From Vairimorpha necatrix (taxonomy: Eukaryota), in contig CP142727.1 in the NCBI GenBank assembly GCA_036630325.1, forward strand, positions 248,001-312,000: 64,000 bases of DNA, written 5' to 3'. Made by a program: the position numbers and the translations under genes. Position 1 is the first letter of the stretch. Each line of letters opens with the position of its first letter. Below are positions 33,901 to 45,533 of this stretch, piece after piece. Under the pieces are notes generated by a model, which saw only the letters and a program-made list of their open reading frames with translations, did no database searches and was not told the origin of the DNA.

Positions 33901-34487
33901 GAAAATGTATCATATTTTCCCGCCTATAAATATAAAAGAAAATCATACCCATGGGGGTATGAAGATGAGTAGAAACAATAAATATTCTATGTTTAAATCG
34001 CCTTCTCGGACAGATGGGAACCCATCAGTCCACAGTAATGTTTTCATTATTTTTATGCTGTTTAAAACAGATTTTAGATTTTTTTATGATTATTTTTACT
34101 ATGTATAAAATATTAGTATTTTTGTTATTTTATTAGTTTTTTTAGACCAACGAAGATTCAAAATCTTATATTTATGTTCTTTAAATCATTCAAATGTATT
34201 ATATCACATAAAAATTGTAAACTAGCGTCAATAAACTGCTATACTATTAGTTTCATGAATTAATATTAAAATATGACTTTACTTATTTTTAAATTATAAC
34301 ATAAATATTTAGTTGCGTTGAATGTTTATTGTATATATTCAAAACTATTTCTTATTATAAACAGATAAACCATAATAAGTACAGATTTAATCAAGTATAT
34401 AGTAAAATAAAGAAACAAAAAGAAATTGAAAAATGAAAAAATAAATTGTTTTTTTTAGTTATTTTCTTGTTTTATTAAATTTTTTTT

Positions 34488-35597
34488 GGTTAAGTTGCGA
34501 TGTTACCCCCCCCCCCCCTACTAAAAAAATAAAAAAAAAGGTGAAAAAATAAAAAAGGAATAAAATTATACCTCTAAAATGAACATCAAGAATTTTAGAA
34601 AATTAATATATAAGAAAGAGAAATTAATTATATTTCTTCTTGAAAAAAATATATTAAAGGCACCGATGTGCAATAAGTGCATGAAACCCATGACCAAAAT
34701 TAAAAATAATTTGGACAAATATCGTTGTTACTTACGACGAAATGGGACAAAATGCTCAAACAAAGGTAACGTTTACAAACAAAGCATTTTTAAAAGTTCT
34801 AAATTAGATATCGAAGATCTTTTAATTTTGCTGTGTGAATGGATTGAAGGCGTAAGCAATGTTTCGGCTACTATCGAATTAAATATAGATAGTAGTACCG
34901 TATCTCGCTGGTTTACGCGTTTTAATAACGCTGTATTCTTATCCTATTTCAACTACATAAAAAACAAAACCATAAGAGGTTTAAATTACATGGTTGAAAT
35001 AGACGTGACATTGCTTGTTAAAAGTAAAAACCAAAACAGTAGAATTCTTCAATAAAAGTTTAGGCTGTTGGTGGAGTAGTAAGAGGAGACAGCAATTCTT
35101 TTTTTTCGAAATTGTTGAAAATCGATCAAGAACTACTCTTGTCGATTTAATTAAACGAAAAATTGCACCCGGTTTTACAATTATTACTGATTGTTTGCGA
35201 GGTTATATAGGGGGTTCGGAACTATGTCCGGATTATAACTATTTACATTTAACTGTAAATCATAGCCAAAATTTTGTAAATGCAACAACAGGCGCCTACA
35301 CCCAAACAATTGAGGGAATGTGGTCTGTAATTGAAAGGAAAATTCCGCAAAGAAGGAATTTGCCATGGTTCTTTAATGAATCTAATTCGAAAACTTTATA
35401 TAGCTCGTTTTAAGTTAATTTATAGAGAATCACTACTTGAAAAAATGTTCAGCTTTTTTAAAATTAATAATATATCATTATCAAATTACGATTTTAGCGC
35501 CCGAATTTAATTTTAAATTAATTGAATTAATTTTGTTGTCTTTTTCCCCTTTTTTATTTTTTTTGGGTGGTGGGGGAGGTTACATCGCAACTTAACT
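34488..35597 (+). mobile_element. degenerate Merlin transposon
   Basis: TIR GGTTAAGTTGCGATGTTACCCC / GGTTACATCGCAACTTAAC; frameshifted transposase similar to 6221-7171. Confidence 0.88.
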
Positions 35598-35599
35598 GT

Positions 35600-35790
35600 T
35601 GATAGATATGTGTAAACAGTATTCTCAGAGTTAAAAGGCGTTTTGCATCTTAGAACAGATTCTTTTGTGCTTTCAAATTCTTTGGCCGATTGTATTGGTA
35701 TTCTTTTACCCTTATGTTCTTTGCATTGATGCCTTCTCTCAAGTTCGGCTCAGGAGAGATGTAATCTTTCTTTAGTTGCGGTCTTAAACT
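35600..35790 (-). mobile_element. decayed internal fragment of non-LTR retrotransposon (also at 41985-42175)
   Basis: Reverse translation ATKERLHLS*AEL.. resembles the ERLYLPR..LGRGL motif downstream of RT. Confidence 0.4.
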
Positions 35791-36504
35791 ATCTTTTATA
35801 AACTATGTCAATGCATTAAAAAATGTATTTGTATTTGATTAAAAAACATTTTTTTAGAATGAACATGTTTCAGATGTCAGGAAGACCATTCTTAGTCCCC
35901 AGGACTATCAGCCGTATAGAGGAAAATATTTAAAAAATTGTTTTTTTGTCAGATTTGTTTGGTATAAATAATAACAAACTACATACTTATCTTAAATTTT
36001 TCATAACTATAAACGAGTGTTTTGTCATTACAATAATACATTTATCACCTTTTGTATTTTTTTCAATCACATATCATGATACGTATTTCATAGTGTATAA
36101 ATTTTCATAGTATTTTATTATTTAAAAAATAGCACTAATCCACTAATAAGTTCCACTTTTGGCTTTTTACAGCGTCGTTTATTATAACCATATGCCGTTT
36201 GTGTTTGTCAACCTATAGTAATGTTTTCCTATATCAATTTACCTTTTTTACAAATCTCCTTTTTTACACATTTTTTCGGGTAAATTATAATTTAACACAC
36301 TAAAAAAATTAATAATTTCATAATATATCATTTACTATTTGTTTGGTATCCTCTGAGAATACAGAAATATAGCGGCTAATTATATATAAATTCTAAATAT
36401 ATGATATGTGTACTCAAATAAGAACTCGTAATTATCAAACTTCCTTTATGATATTTTGAGTAAATGAGAAAATATGTATAAAAAAATTTCAAAAATAATA
36501 CCCC

Positions 36505-37413
36505 ATGTTTCTAGCAGCAATTATTTTTATATTAAAAATAGCAGCCAACAACGAAGCTTTGATATTTATTGATAATAATGAAGAAGAATGCACGATTTTT
36601 TTAGGAGGTAATCTTAAATATGAACCAGGATATTACGTTTTGAGTTTGTGGGAAAATACTTATAGTATAGAACCCCGATTTGAAGGTTCGATTAAAGACC
36701 CTATAGCGGTTGCATTTCCTGACCTGTCTTTTGCATTTGTTCCTTTTGAAATAGATGAGATTTTTTTAAATAATTTTGATGCAACTTTTAATAACATAGA
36801 TAAGAACATCAAAGAAAAGTTTTTAAAATCGAATATTTTTTATAGACTTACTTTTCAATATAACAAACATAGTACATATGCCATACAGTTATTATATTCT
36901 AAAACTAGAGATATAGTCAATAAATTTTGGAGATCAGAAACTTTCGAAATAGAAAAGGGGGATAAATCTAAACTATTGCCTTTAAACATAGAATCATCTG
37001 AAACACTCGAATTTTTAAAAATTAAAATTCCAGAAAGTTGGCAAGAACATTTTCATCTTATCAACTGCTATACCGTTTATGTTCTAAATTACGAAAAAAG
37101 CCAACAAAATTTAGGAGAGTCAAATAGCCCGTTTATTACTCAAGAAAACCCAGAAAGCTCTAGCATAACAAGTAGACCAGAAAAGGAAGAAAGCGAAAGC
37201 TCTAGCATAACAAGTAGCTCAGAAGAAGAAAGCGGAAGCTCTGTCAAAATAAGTGAATCTGAAAAAGTTGAAGTTTTACATGAAAAAAATGAAAATGGCC
37301 CCAACGAGAATCAATCTAAGGCAAATAATGTGTTGATTATATTGACATGTTCTCTTATTTGCGTTTCAATTTTCATCTCATGGCTGATACTAAGTAAAAT
37401 CAGAAGTGCATAA
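36505..37413 (+). CDS. type-I membrane protein family X, copy 2
   Basis: Paralog of 30537 and 44202; intermediate S/E-rich stalk. Confidence 0.85.
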   Translation: MFLAAIIFILKIAANNEALIFIDNNEEECTIFLGGNLKYEPGYYVLSLWENTYSIEPRFEGSIKDPIAVAFPDLSFAFVPFEIDEIFLNNFDATFNNIDKNIKEKFLKSNIFYRLTFQYNKHSTYAIQLLYSKTRDIVNKFWRSETFEIEKGDKSKLLPLNIESSETLEFLKIKIPESWQEHFHLINCYTVYVLNYEKSQQNLGESNSPFITQENPESSSITSRPEKEESESSSITSSSEEESGSSVKISESEKVEVLHEKNENGPNENQSKANNVLIILTCSLICVSIFISWLILSKIRSA

Positions 37414-38834
37414 ATAAAGGTCTTTTTTCTTATTAAGTTAATTTTTCTTTTTGAACAAAAAAATAATATCAGTTTTCAAACTTTAGCTAAACGTAGCACA
37501 TTTAAAAATGTTTAATTACATTAATAGTAAGTAGTTGTTGTAAACGAGTGTATAACTTATAAGAATAATACATCAACAAAAAAAAACTTTTGTGGTTACT
37601 ATTTGTATTCACAAGTAAAAATTGCCATTGAAGTATTACCTATAAGAGCTGTAACAAAGCTTTAACAATTCGTAGTGGTTGAATTTGTTTCGATAAATCT
37701 ATACTCTAGTGTATCTATAAACATATTACCAGCATAAACCTAGCCCGACTGAGTGTATAAAATGTCATTCAAAGAGTAAGTCGCTTTAGTGAATTAAATT
37801 GTGAAGTTTGACAGGCACGGTTTAGACTGATCTAAGTGCTGGGAATATTGAAATATTGAACTTGAGATATAAATGAATATTTAGTTTTTTAAATTTCATG
37901 TATATGCATTTTATATACTTTAATATTGAATATGGATCTTATAAAATAATGAAACCCCGTCTTTGTGATTTACATCTAGTTGAAAAAATGCTTCCAAGAT
38001 TAAAATAATGTAGAATTAATCTTTTGAATGCACATAGCCACTTGTCGGTGCACAACGAAGCAAAATCCTTGGCAATATCAAGACATCAAACGAAGTTGAG
38101 CAATAGAAGGTCTCGTGGACCATATCCTACAAGATTTTGTAACACGGTAGCTGAAACTAGCGAGAGATTGGTTGTAAACTATAACACAAAATGCAGAATT
38201 AGTGATGTGGCGGTGTAAGGAGCCGTGTGTGCAATACAGATGATTTTAGGGACTTTTGAGTTAGTACGATGATGTATCCTCGGCCTATAACCGCCGTGGT
38301 TGTATTATTTTTGCTAATATATCTTATGGAAGAAGATATGGACATAGGTGATAACTGATTTGCTTTTCGCCAATATTCAAATTGTGCGGCTAAGCTTCAA
38401 CAAGTGTTATTATTTGTAAAATTTTTTAAAGTGAAAATCTTAAAGTATCGCAAAGAAGATATCACAATCTAAGTAATTGAAATCATATGTAAGAAGGTTC
38501 CCTTTCTCTTTAGCAAGAAATAATGGATTTTGAAGCAAAGTAAGGGTATTCGTCATTCTTAGCTGGCTTGATTGCCTGTCTTCTCTCAGCTCCATTTTAC
38601 ATTTAAGATGGGGCTTTTTTATTTTTCAAAGTCTTTCCACATTTGACGATAATAAAATAGGTTCCATTGTGCAGGTAAATCAATTATATTATTATTTTAT
38701 CTTATTATATTTAATTTTTTATATATTTTAAGATGACAAATTACTTATAACCGAAGTTTACAGAAGGTTATAAAGTCATTTTCAAATCTTATAAACATAT
38801 TTACTCTTTATATTTTTTCTTATCCCTCCAGTAA

Positions 38835-39785
38835 ATGTTTTTTTTTAATTTTCTACACGTATTAATTTCTTGTTCTTCTCATATTCCAAATTTCGAACAA
38901 GTTCTTTATTCTTCAATTCTCTGTAGGTTAAAATTTACCACCAGACATCTTACTGACACTTCTATAAATGACATTTGTGAAGATATAAGAAAAAATATAC
39001 CTTTCGATTTGGATATCCTTCATTATGGTGCATATTATGATTTACATCTTATAATAAGCAATAACCAAGATAATTTGATATTAATTATTTATTTTAATGA
39101 GTTATTTGTGTACATCTCGAAAGAATGTGCTAATAATAATAGTTCAAGTACTGAACAGAAGCATAATACAGACGAAAATGCTACTAATAGTACAGAAGAT
39201 CTTCTTATAAATGTGCCCACTGATTATCTCCTGTCATTTCTTAAATGTAAATATTTTTTACAGAACAAAATAAAACATGAAGATTTAAAATTCGTCAACC
39301 TCAAATTGTTAATGTTTCTACGACTAAAATATTCGTCTATTCTCGATCTTAAACTGTCTATCCCAGAATTCCACAATTTATTATTTTACATTTACACGAT
39401 ACAATTCATTACCGACCCGGAAATAATCTTTGATACTCTTATTAATTTTTCGATAACTTATTATATTTTAATTAATAACGACAATATTAAAAATAATATT
39501 AATTATATCTATTATTTAATAGAGAAAATAATGAATAATGTGATACCACTGACATATCTTATGACGAATTTTCAAGAACTAAAAAGTGCTATGATGAGCG
39601 CAGACAGCGAAGATATTTATAAAATACGAAGTTATGGAATTATATTGTTTTTTGAGAGTATACAGTTTAACAAATGTAGGAAATTGGGCATGCCTTGGAA
39701 TTTGATAAGTCAAATAACTATAAAAGAAAGTGATAAATCTAAAATATTAGACAAACTAGAAAAATTAATGGATATATTTTATTAA
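38835..39785 (+). CDS. putative secreted hypothetical protein Y, copy 1
   Basis: 316-aa ORF, signal-like N-terminus, CCC before ATG; near-identical copy at 50187. Confidence 0.8.
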   Translation: MFFFNFLHVLISCSSHIPNFEQVLYSSILCRLKFTTRHLTDTSINDICEDIRKNIPFDLDILHYGAYYDLHLIISNNQDNLILIIYFNELFVYISKECANNNSSSTEQKHNTDENATNSTEDLLINVPTDYLLSFLKCKYFLQNKIKHEDLKFVNLKLLMFLRLKYSSILDLKLSIPEFHNLLFYIYTIQFITDPEIIFDTLINFSITYYILINNDNIKNNINYIYYLIEKIMNNVIPLTYLMTNFQELKSAMMSADSEDIYKIRSYGIILFFESIQFNKCRKLGMPWNLISQITIKESDKSKILDKLEKLMDIFY

Positions 39786-40864
39786 AGTCTAAGTAAATAT
39801 CAAATATAGTTTTAATTAATTAAATGAACCGCATCTGTCAAATACTACGCTGTAATTAGTTATTAAGAATTTATAAATTTTTAGAATCTACAGTTAAAAT
39901 TTTAAGTTGGCGTTCAAATATAAAAAAATATCTTAAGCGTTATCGCCGCTTGAGGAGCATGGATTTCCTTCATAGCTAAATAGGTATTTTTTTGACGTGA
40001 AAATAAAATTTTAATTATGATTGTTGACGTCAGCCGAAAATGTTTTTTTTTATTTGCAAGTAAGAGGTAAGTAACATCTTACATAGAAGAAGAAATGCTT
40101 GGAAATATCTTTATCCAATCGGTACTATGAGATTCTTACTCACTAAAACTTCCTTCATATAATTTGCCGGTGCATCAAGCTCCGCTGTATTATTGGGCTT
40201 TGGCTCCAGGAGAACACTTTCCATTTATACCTAAAATCGCATACAGAGTGACCCCACAGCGGATATACTTATTGGGCATGGGTATCTAAACCCCGAGGAA
40301 TGACATCATACTAACTCAAGGGTCCCTACAATCATCTTAATTGCACACACGGCTCCTTACACGGCCACATCACAGCCTGACAATTATTATTGTCTACGTT
40401 GATCATCAGTCTTTCACTTGTTTCGACCACCGCGTTACAGAATCTTGAAGGAAAGGGTCCACGAGACCTTCTATTGCCCCACTTTCTATTCTCTTAGTAA
40501 GCTCTAGAGTGCACCAGCAATGGGTTTAACGGGCTGCTTCCATTAGATACTTTTATGTATCATTAAGTCACCACAAGGGTGGTACTGTTTTCGCCCTTAA
40601 GCTGCGTTTCTATACTAGATTCTATTTGTGACTGGACACACACAAATATCATTGAATCAACTAAATGACTATCGTAACATTTTTCATCATCCGAGTTGAC
40701 CCGACTGCATCATAAAAGTATGACTTTTTTTATGTTTTGTGAATCTATATTTAATCCAGCCAAATAAAATACAATATCTTCATTTTTTATATGTGTTTAT
40801 ATTCTTTATTTTACTGTTTAGCCGCAGACTGATGATTCTTTATCCTCTTCTAGTTTTTAAATTT

Positions 40865-41982
40865 AGTTTAAATTGCGATGTTACTCCAACCCCCCCCCAC
40901 CCCTAAAAAAATAAAAAAAGGGGGAAAAAATAAAAAAGGTTTAAAAAATGCCCCAAAAATGAATAAAAAGAATTTTAGAACATTAATATATAAAAAAGAA
41001 AAAAAATTAATTATATTTCTTCTTGAAAAAAATATATTAAAGGTACCAATGTGCAATAAGTGCATGGCACCCATGACCAAAATTAGAAATAATTTGGACA
41101 AATATCGTTGTTACTATCGACGAAATGGGAGAAAATGCTAAAACAAAGGTAATATTTACAAAGAAAGCATTTTTAAAAGTTCTAGATTAGATATCGAAGA
41201 TCTTTTAAAAATGCTGTGTGAATGGGTTAAAGGTGTAAGCAATGTTTCGGCTACTATCGAATTGGATATAGATAGTAGTACCGTATCTCGCTGGTTTACG
41301 CGTTTTAATAACGCTGTATTCTTATCCTATTTCAACTACATAAAAAACAAAACCATAAGAGGTTTCAATTACATGGTTAAAATAGACGAGACATTGCTTG
41401 TTAAAAGTAAAAACCAAAACGTTAGAATTCTTCAATACCAAGTTTAGGCTGTTGGTAGAGTAGTAAGAGGAGACAGCAATTCTTTTTTTTCGAAATTGTT
41501 GAAAATCGATCAAGAACTACTCTTGTCGATTTAATTAAACGAAAAATTGCACCCGGTTTTACAATTATTACTGATTGTTTGCGAGGTTATATAGGGGGTT
41601 CGGAACTATGTCCGGATTATAACTATTTACATTTAACTGTAAATCATAGCCAAAATTTTGTAAATGCAACAACAGGCGCCTACACCCAAACAATTGAGGG
41701 AATGTGGTCTGTAATTAAAAGGAAAATTCCGCAAAGAAGGAATTTGCCATGGTTCTTTAATGAATCTAATTCGAAAACTTTATATAGCTCGTTTTAAGTT
41801 AATTTATAGAGAATCACTACTTGAAAAAATGTTCAACTTTTTTAAAATTAATAGTATATCATTTTTAAATTACGATTTTAGCGCCCGAATTTAATTTTAA
41901 ATTATATTTAATTAATTTTGTTGTCTTTTTACCCTTTTTTATTTTTTTTGGGTGGTGGGGGAGGTTACATCGCAACTTAACT
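40865..41982 (+). mobile_element. degenerate Merlin transposon at duplication junction
   Basis: Same family as 34488-35597, with the same right flank but a different left flank; multiple frameshifts and stops. Confidence 0.85.
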
Positions 41983-42190
41983 GTTGATAGATATGTGTAA
42001 ACAGTATTCTCAGAGTTAAAAGGCGTTTTGCATCTTAGAACAGATTCTTTTGTGCTTTCAAATTCTTTGGCCGATTGTATTGGTATTCTTTTACCCTTAT
42101 GTTCTTTACATTGATGCCTTCTCTCAAGTTCGGCTTAGGAGAGATGTAATCTTTCTTTAGTTGCGGTCTTAAACTATCTTTTATAAACTA

Positions 42191-42711
42191 CTAGCGTATG
42201 CTTTCCCGTTTTAAAAACGGGATCTAAATGTTTAGTTTTTTTAATATGTATTTCTCCTTTTAATCTTTTTGTGAATTTCCATTTTGGGAAGAAGGAATTG
42301 AAAAGGAGAAAACATGATTTTGAAAAATACTTTTTAGTAACATATAAGGAGTAAATTTGATCTAAAAACATTTAATAATTATAATGAGATAAGTTTGGGA
42401 ACTTCTAAGCTCAAGTTTTATCACTTTTATTTAACTTTTTTTTTGGTACATGTTTTGTGATTTTTTTCTAGAAGGGTTGAATAAATTCTAAAAAACGATT
42501 CTGACGATATTTTGAGACCAAGCCTTTTAAAATTAAGAATTAAAACAAAAAAGTTTTAACATTTAGTATACGCACTTACAATTATCAAATTAAAACATTA
42601 AATCTAAAAACGATATTATATTAACATAATAAGCTATTATAAGAAGTTGACATTTTTAAAATCACAAAAAAGAGGGGTAAAAAATTAAATAAAATTCTTT
42701 TATATATATGA
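42191..42711 (-). mobile_element. non-autonomous Helitron
   Basis: Minus strand 5'-TC...hairpin (42204-42222)...CTAG-3'; inserted between A and T with no TSD; empty site near 35805. Confidence 0.88.
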
Positions 42712-43008
42712 TGTCAATGCATTAAAAAATGTATTTGTATTTGATTAAAAAACATTTTTTTAGAATGAACATGTTTCAGATGTCAGGAAGACCATTCTTA
42801 GTCCCCAGGACTATCAGCCGTATAGAGGAAAATATTTAAAAAATTGTTTTTTTGTCAGATTTGTTTGGTATAAATAATAACAAACTACATACTTATCTTA
42901 AATTTTTCATAACTATAAACGAGTGTTTTGTCATTACAATAGTACATTTATCACCTTTTGTAATTTTTTCAATCACATATCATGATACGTATTTCATGAA
43001 GTATAAAT

Positions 43009-43793
43009 TGTCACAGTCCGGAGCGGACGCCCGTCCGCAGCGGACGCAAGGGGTAGAAAATAAAAAAAAATCTCTTCAGTGAGGATCAAACCAAAAAATA
43101 AGAACAAATAAATGTTCGTCTTAAATGACTGCCCAAATTTTGTCACGAGTTTTTAGGGGTATATTTTTGTTTTATTTTTATAATAATGGGAGGGAATAAT
43201 GAAAAAAAGAGAAAAAAAACATAAACAAAATTTTTAGTACTTTATTCATTTCCAAGCAATCTAAGATCCCTAGTACTTATTTCATCTATAATAATTCCAT
43301 TATCATCTTTTCTGCATAATTTCACTTTATTAAATTGTATTATGTCTATTACAATACCAGTCTGTAAAAAGACAAAAACTTCTTGTCTTTCATTGTTATT
43401 CAATTTTATTTTCATGACATTAAAATTAAAGAAATTTTAAATACAAATTACAAATAAACACCAATTTTTTTTTATTTTTTACCCTTCTCAAGTAAGCATT
43501 TTCCCTGGCGTCCGCTCCGAACGGGTATTTTTTTTTTAATTTTTTACTCTTCTCAAGTAAGCATTTTCCCCTGCGTCCGCTCCGAACGGGTATTTTTTTT
43601 TTTAATTTTTTACTCTTCTCAAGTAAGCATTTTCCCCTGCGTCCGCTCCGAACGGGTATTTTTTTTACTTAATTTTTTACCCTTCTCAAATAAGCATTTT
43701 CCCCTGCGTCCGCTCCGGACGGATATTTTTTTACTTAATTTTTTACCCTTCTCAAGTAAGCATTTTCCCTTGCGTCCGCTCCGGACGGTGACA
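43009..43793. mobile_element. non-autonomous TIR element (TGTCAC...GTGACA), copy 2, five ~66-bp subterminal repeats
   Basis: TSD TAAAT (or ATAAATT); empty sites near 30128 and 36097. Confidence 0.9.
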
Positions 43794-44201
43794 TAAATTT
43801 TCATAGTATTTTATTATTTAAAAAATAGCACTAATCCACTAATAAGTTCCACTTTTGGCTTTTTGAAGCGTCGTTTATTATAACCATATGCCGTTTGTGT
43901 TTGTCAACCTATAGTAATGTTTTCCTATATCAATTTACCTTTTTTACAAATACCTTTTTCTACATATTTTTTTGGGTAAATTATAATTTAACACACTAAA
44001 AAAATAAATAATTTCATAATATATCATTTACTATTTGTTTGGTATCCTCTGAGAATACAGAAAATATTGGCTAAATTATATATAAATTCTAAATATATGA
44101 TATGTGTACTCAAATAAGAACTCGTAATTATCAAACCTCCTTTATGATATTTTGAGTAAATGAGAACATATATATATAAAAAATTTCAAAAATAATACAC
44201 C

Positions 44202-45533
44202 ATGTTTCTAGCAGCAATTATTTTTATATTAAAAATAGCAGCCAACAACGAAGCTTTTATATTTATTGATAAAAAGGGAAAAGACTGCACGATTTTTTTA
44301 GGAGATAATCTTAAATATGAACCGGGATATTACATTTTTAGTTTATTACAAAATATATCTAGTACAGAACCCCAATTTGAACGTTTGATTAAAAACCCTT
44401 CAAAGGTTTTTGAACCTGACCTGCCTTTTACATTTGTTCCTTTTGAAAAAGATAAGAATTTTATAAATAATTTTGATGCAACTTTTAATAACATAGATAA
44501 GAACATCAAAAAAAAGTTTTTAAAATATAAAAATTGTTATAGTCTTACTTTTCAATATGAAGAATCCAAAAAATATGCCATACAGTTATTATATTGTAAA
44601 ACTGGAGATATAGTCAGTAAATTTTGGAGATCAGAAACTTTCAAAATAGAAGAGTGTGTCAAATCTAAACTATTGCCTTTAAGCATAGAATCATCAAATC
44701 CTCGCAAATTAAATGAAATTAAAATTTCAGAAAGTTGGCAAAACCATTTTGATCGTATCGACCTTTATACCGTTTATGTTCTAAATCACAAAAAAAGCCA
44801 AAAAAAATTAAGTGAGTCAAATAACCCGGTTTGCACACAAAAAAAAGGGGAGGAACCTAGCAAAACAAATAAACCAGAAACAGAAAAACCAGAAAGCTCT
44901 AGCAAAACAAATAAACCAGAAACAGAAACCCCCGGAAGCTCTAGCAAAACAAGTGAACCAGAAGAAGTAGAATCAAACAGCCCTAGCATAACAACTAAAT
45001 TAGAAACAGAAACCCCCGGAAGCTCTATCAAAACAAATAAACCAGAAACAGAAACCCCAGAAAGCTCTAGCAAAACAAGTGAATCAAAAGAAGTAGAATC
45101 CGGAAGCTCTAGCATAACAAGTAGCTCAGAAAAAGTAGAACCCGGAAGCTCTATCAAAACAAATAAACCAGAAACAGAAACCCCAGAAAGCTCTAGCAAA
45201 ACAAGTGAATCAAAAGAAGTAGAATCCGGAAGCTCTAGCATAACAAGTAGCTCAGAAAAAGTAGAACCCGGAAGCTCTATCAAAACAAATAAACCAGAAA
45301 CAGAAACCCCAGAAAGCTCTAGCAAAACAAGTGAATCAAAAGAAGTAGAATCCGGCAGCCCCAGTATAACAAGTAAATCAGAAAAAGTAGAAGTTTTACA
45401 TGAAAAAAATGAAAATGGCCCCAACGAGAGTCGATCTAAGGCAAATAATGTGTTGATTATATTGACATGTTCTCTTATTTGCGTTTCAATTTTCATCTCA
45501 TGGCTGATACTAAGTAAAATCAGAAGTGCATAA
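44202..45533 (+). CDS. type-I membrane protein family X, copy 3 (repeat-expanded stalk)
   Basis: Paralog; stalk built of 42-aa repeats. Confidence 0.85.
   Translation: MFLAAIIFILKIAANNEAFIFIDKKGKDCTIFLGDNLKYEPGYYIFSLLQNISSTEPQFERLIKNPSKVFEPDLPFTFVPFEKDKNFINNFDATFNNIDKNIKKKFLKYKNCYSLTFQYEESKKYAIQLLYCKTGDIVSKFWRSETFKIEECVKSKLLPLSIESSNPRKLNEIKISESWQNHFDRIDLYTVYVLNHKKSQKKLSESNNPVCTQKKGEEPSKTNKPETEKPESSSKTNKPETETPGSSSKTSEPEEVESNSPSITTKLETETPGSSIKTNKPETETPESSSKTSESKEVESGSSSITSSSEKVEPGSSIKTNKPETETPESSSKTSESKEVESGSSSITSSSEKVEPGSSIKTNKPETETPESSSKTSESKEVESGSPSITSKSEKVEVLHEKNENGPNESRSKANNVLIILTCSLICVSIFISWLILSKIRSA
45015..45392 (+). repeat. in-frame 126-bp tandem repeat (~3 units plus degenerate upstream unit)
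   Basis: CCCGGAAGCTCTATCAAAAC at 45015, 45141 and 45267. Confidence 0.9.

Noticed and set aside
38835-39785. Positive selection on gene Y copies
   Set aside because: Manual comparison shows roughly as many synonymous changes (~8) as amino-acid changes (~10), with the latter clustered in a low-complexity patch.
43470-43793. CRISPR-like array of GC-rich repeats
   Set aside because: The intervening sequences are also repeated (no unique spacers), there are no cas genes, and the array lies inside a TIR element in eukaryotic DNA.
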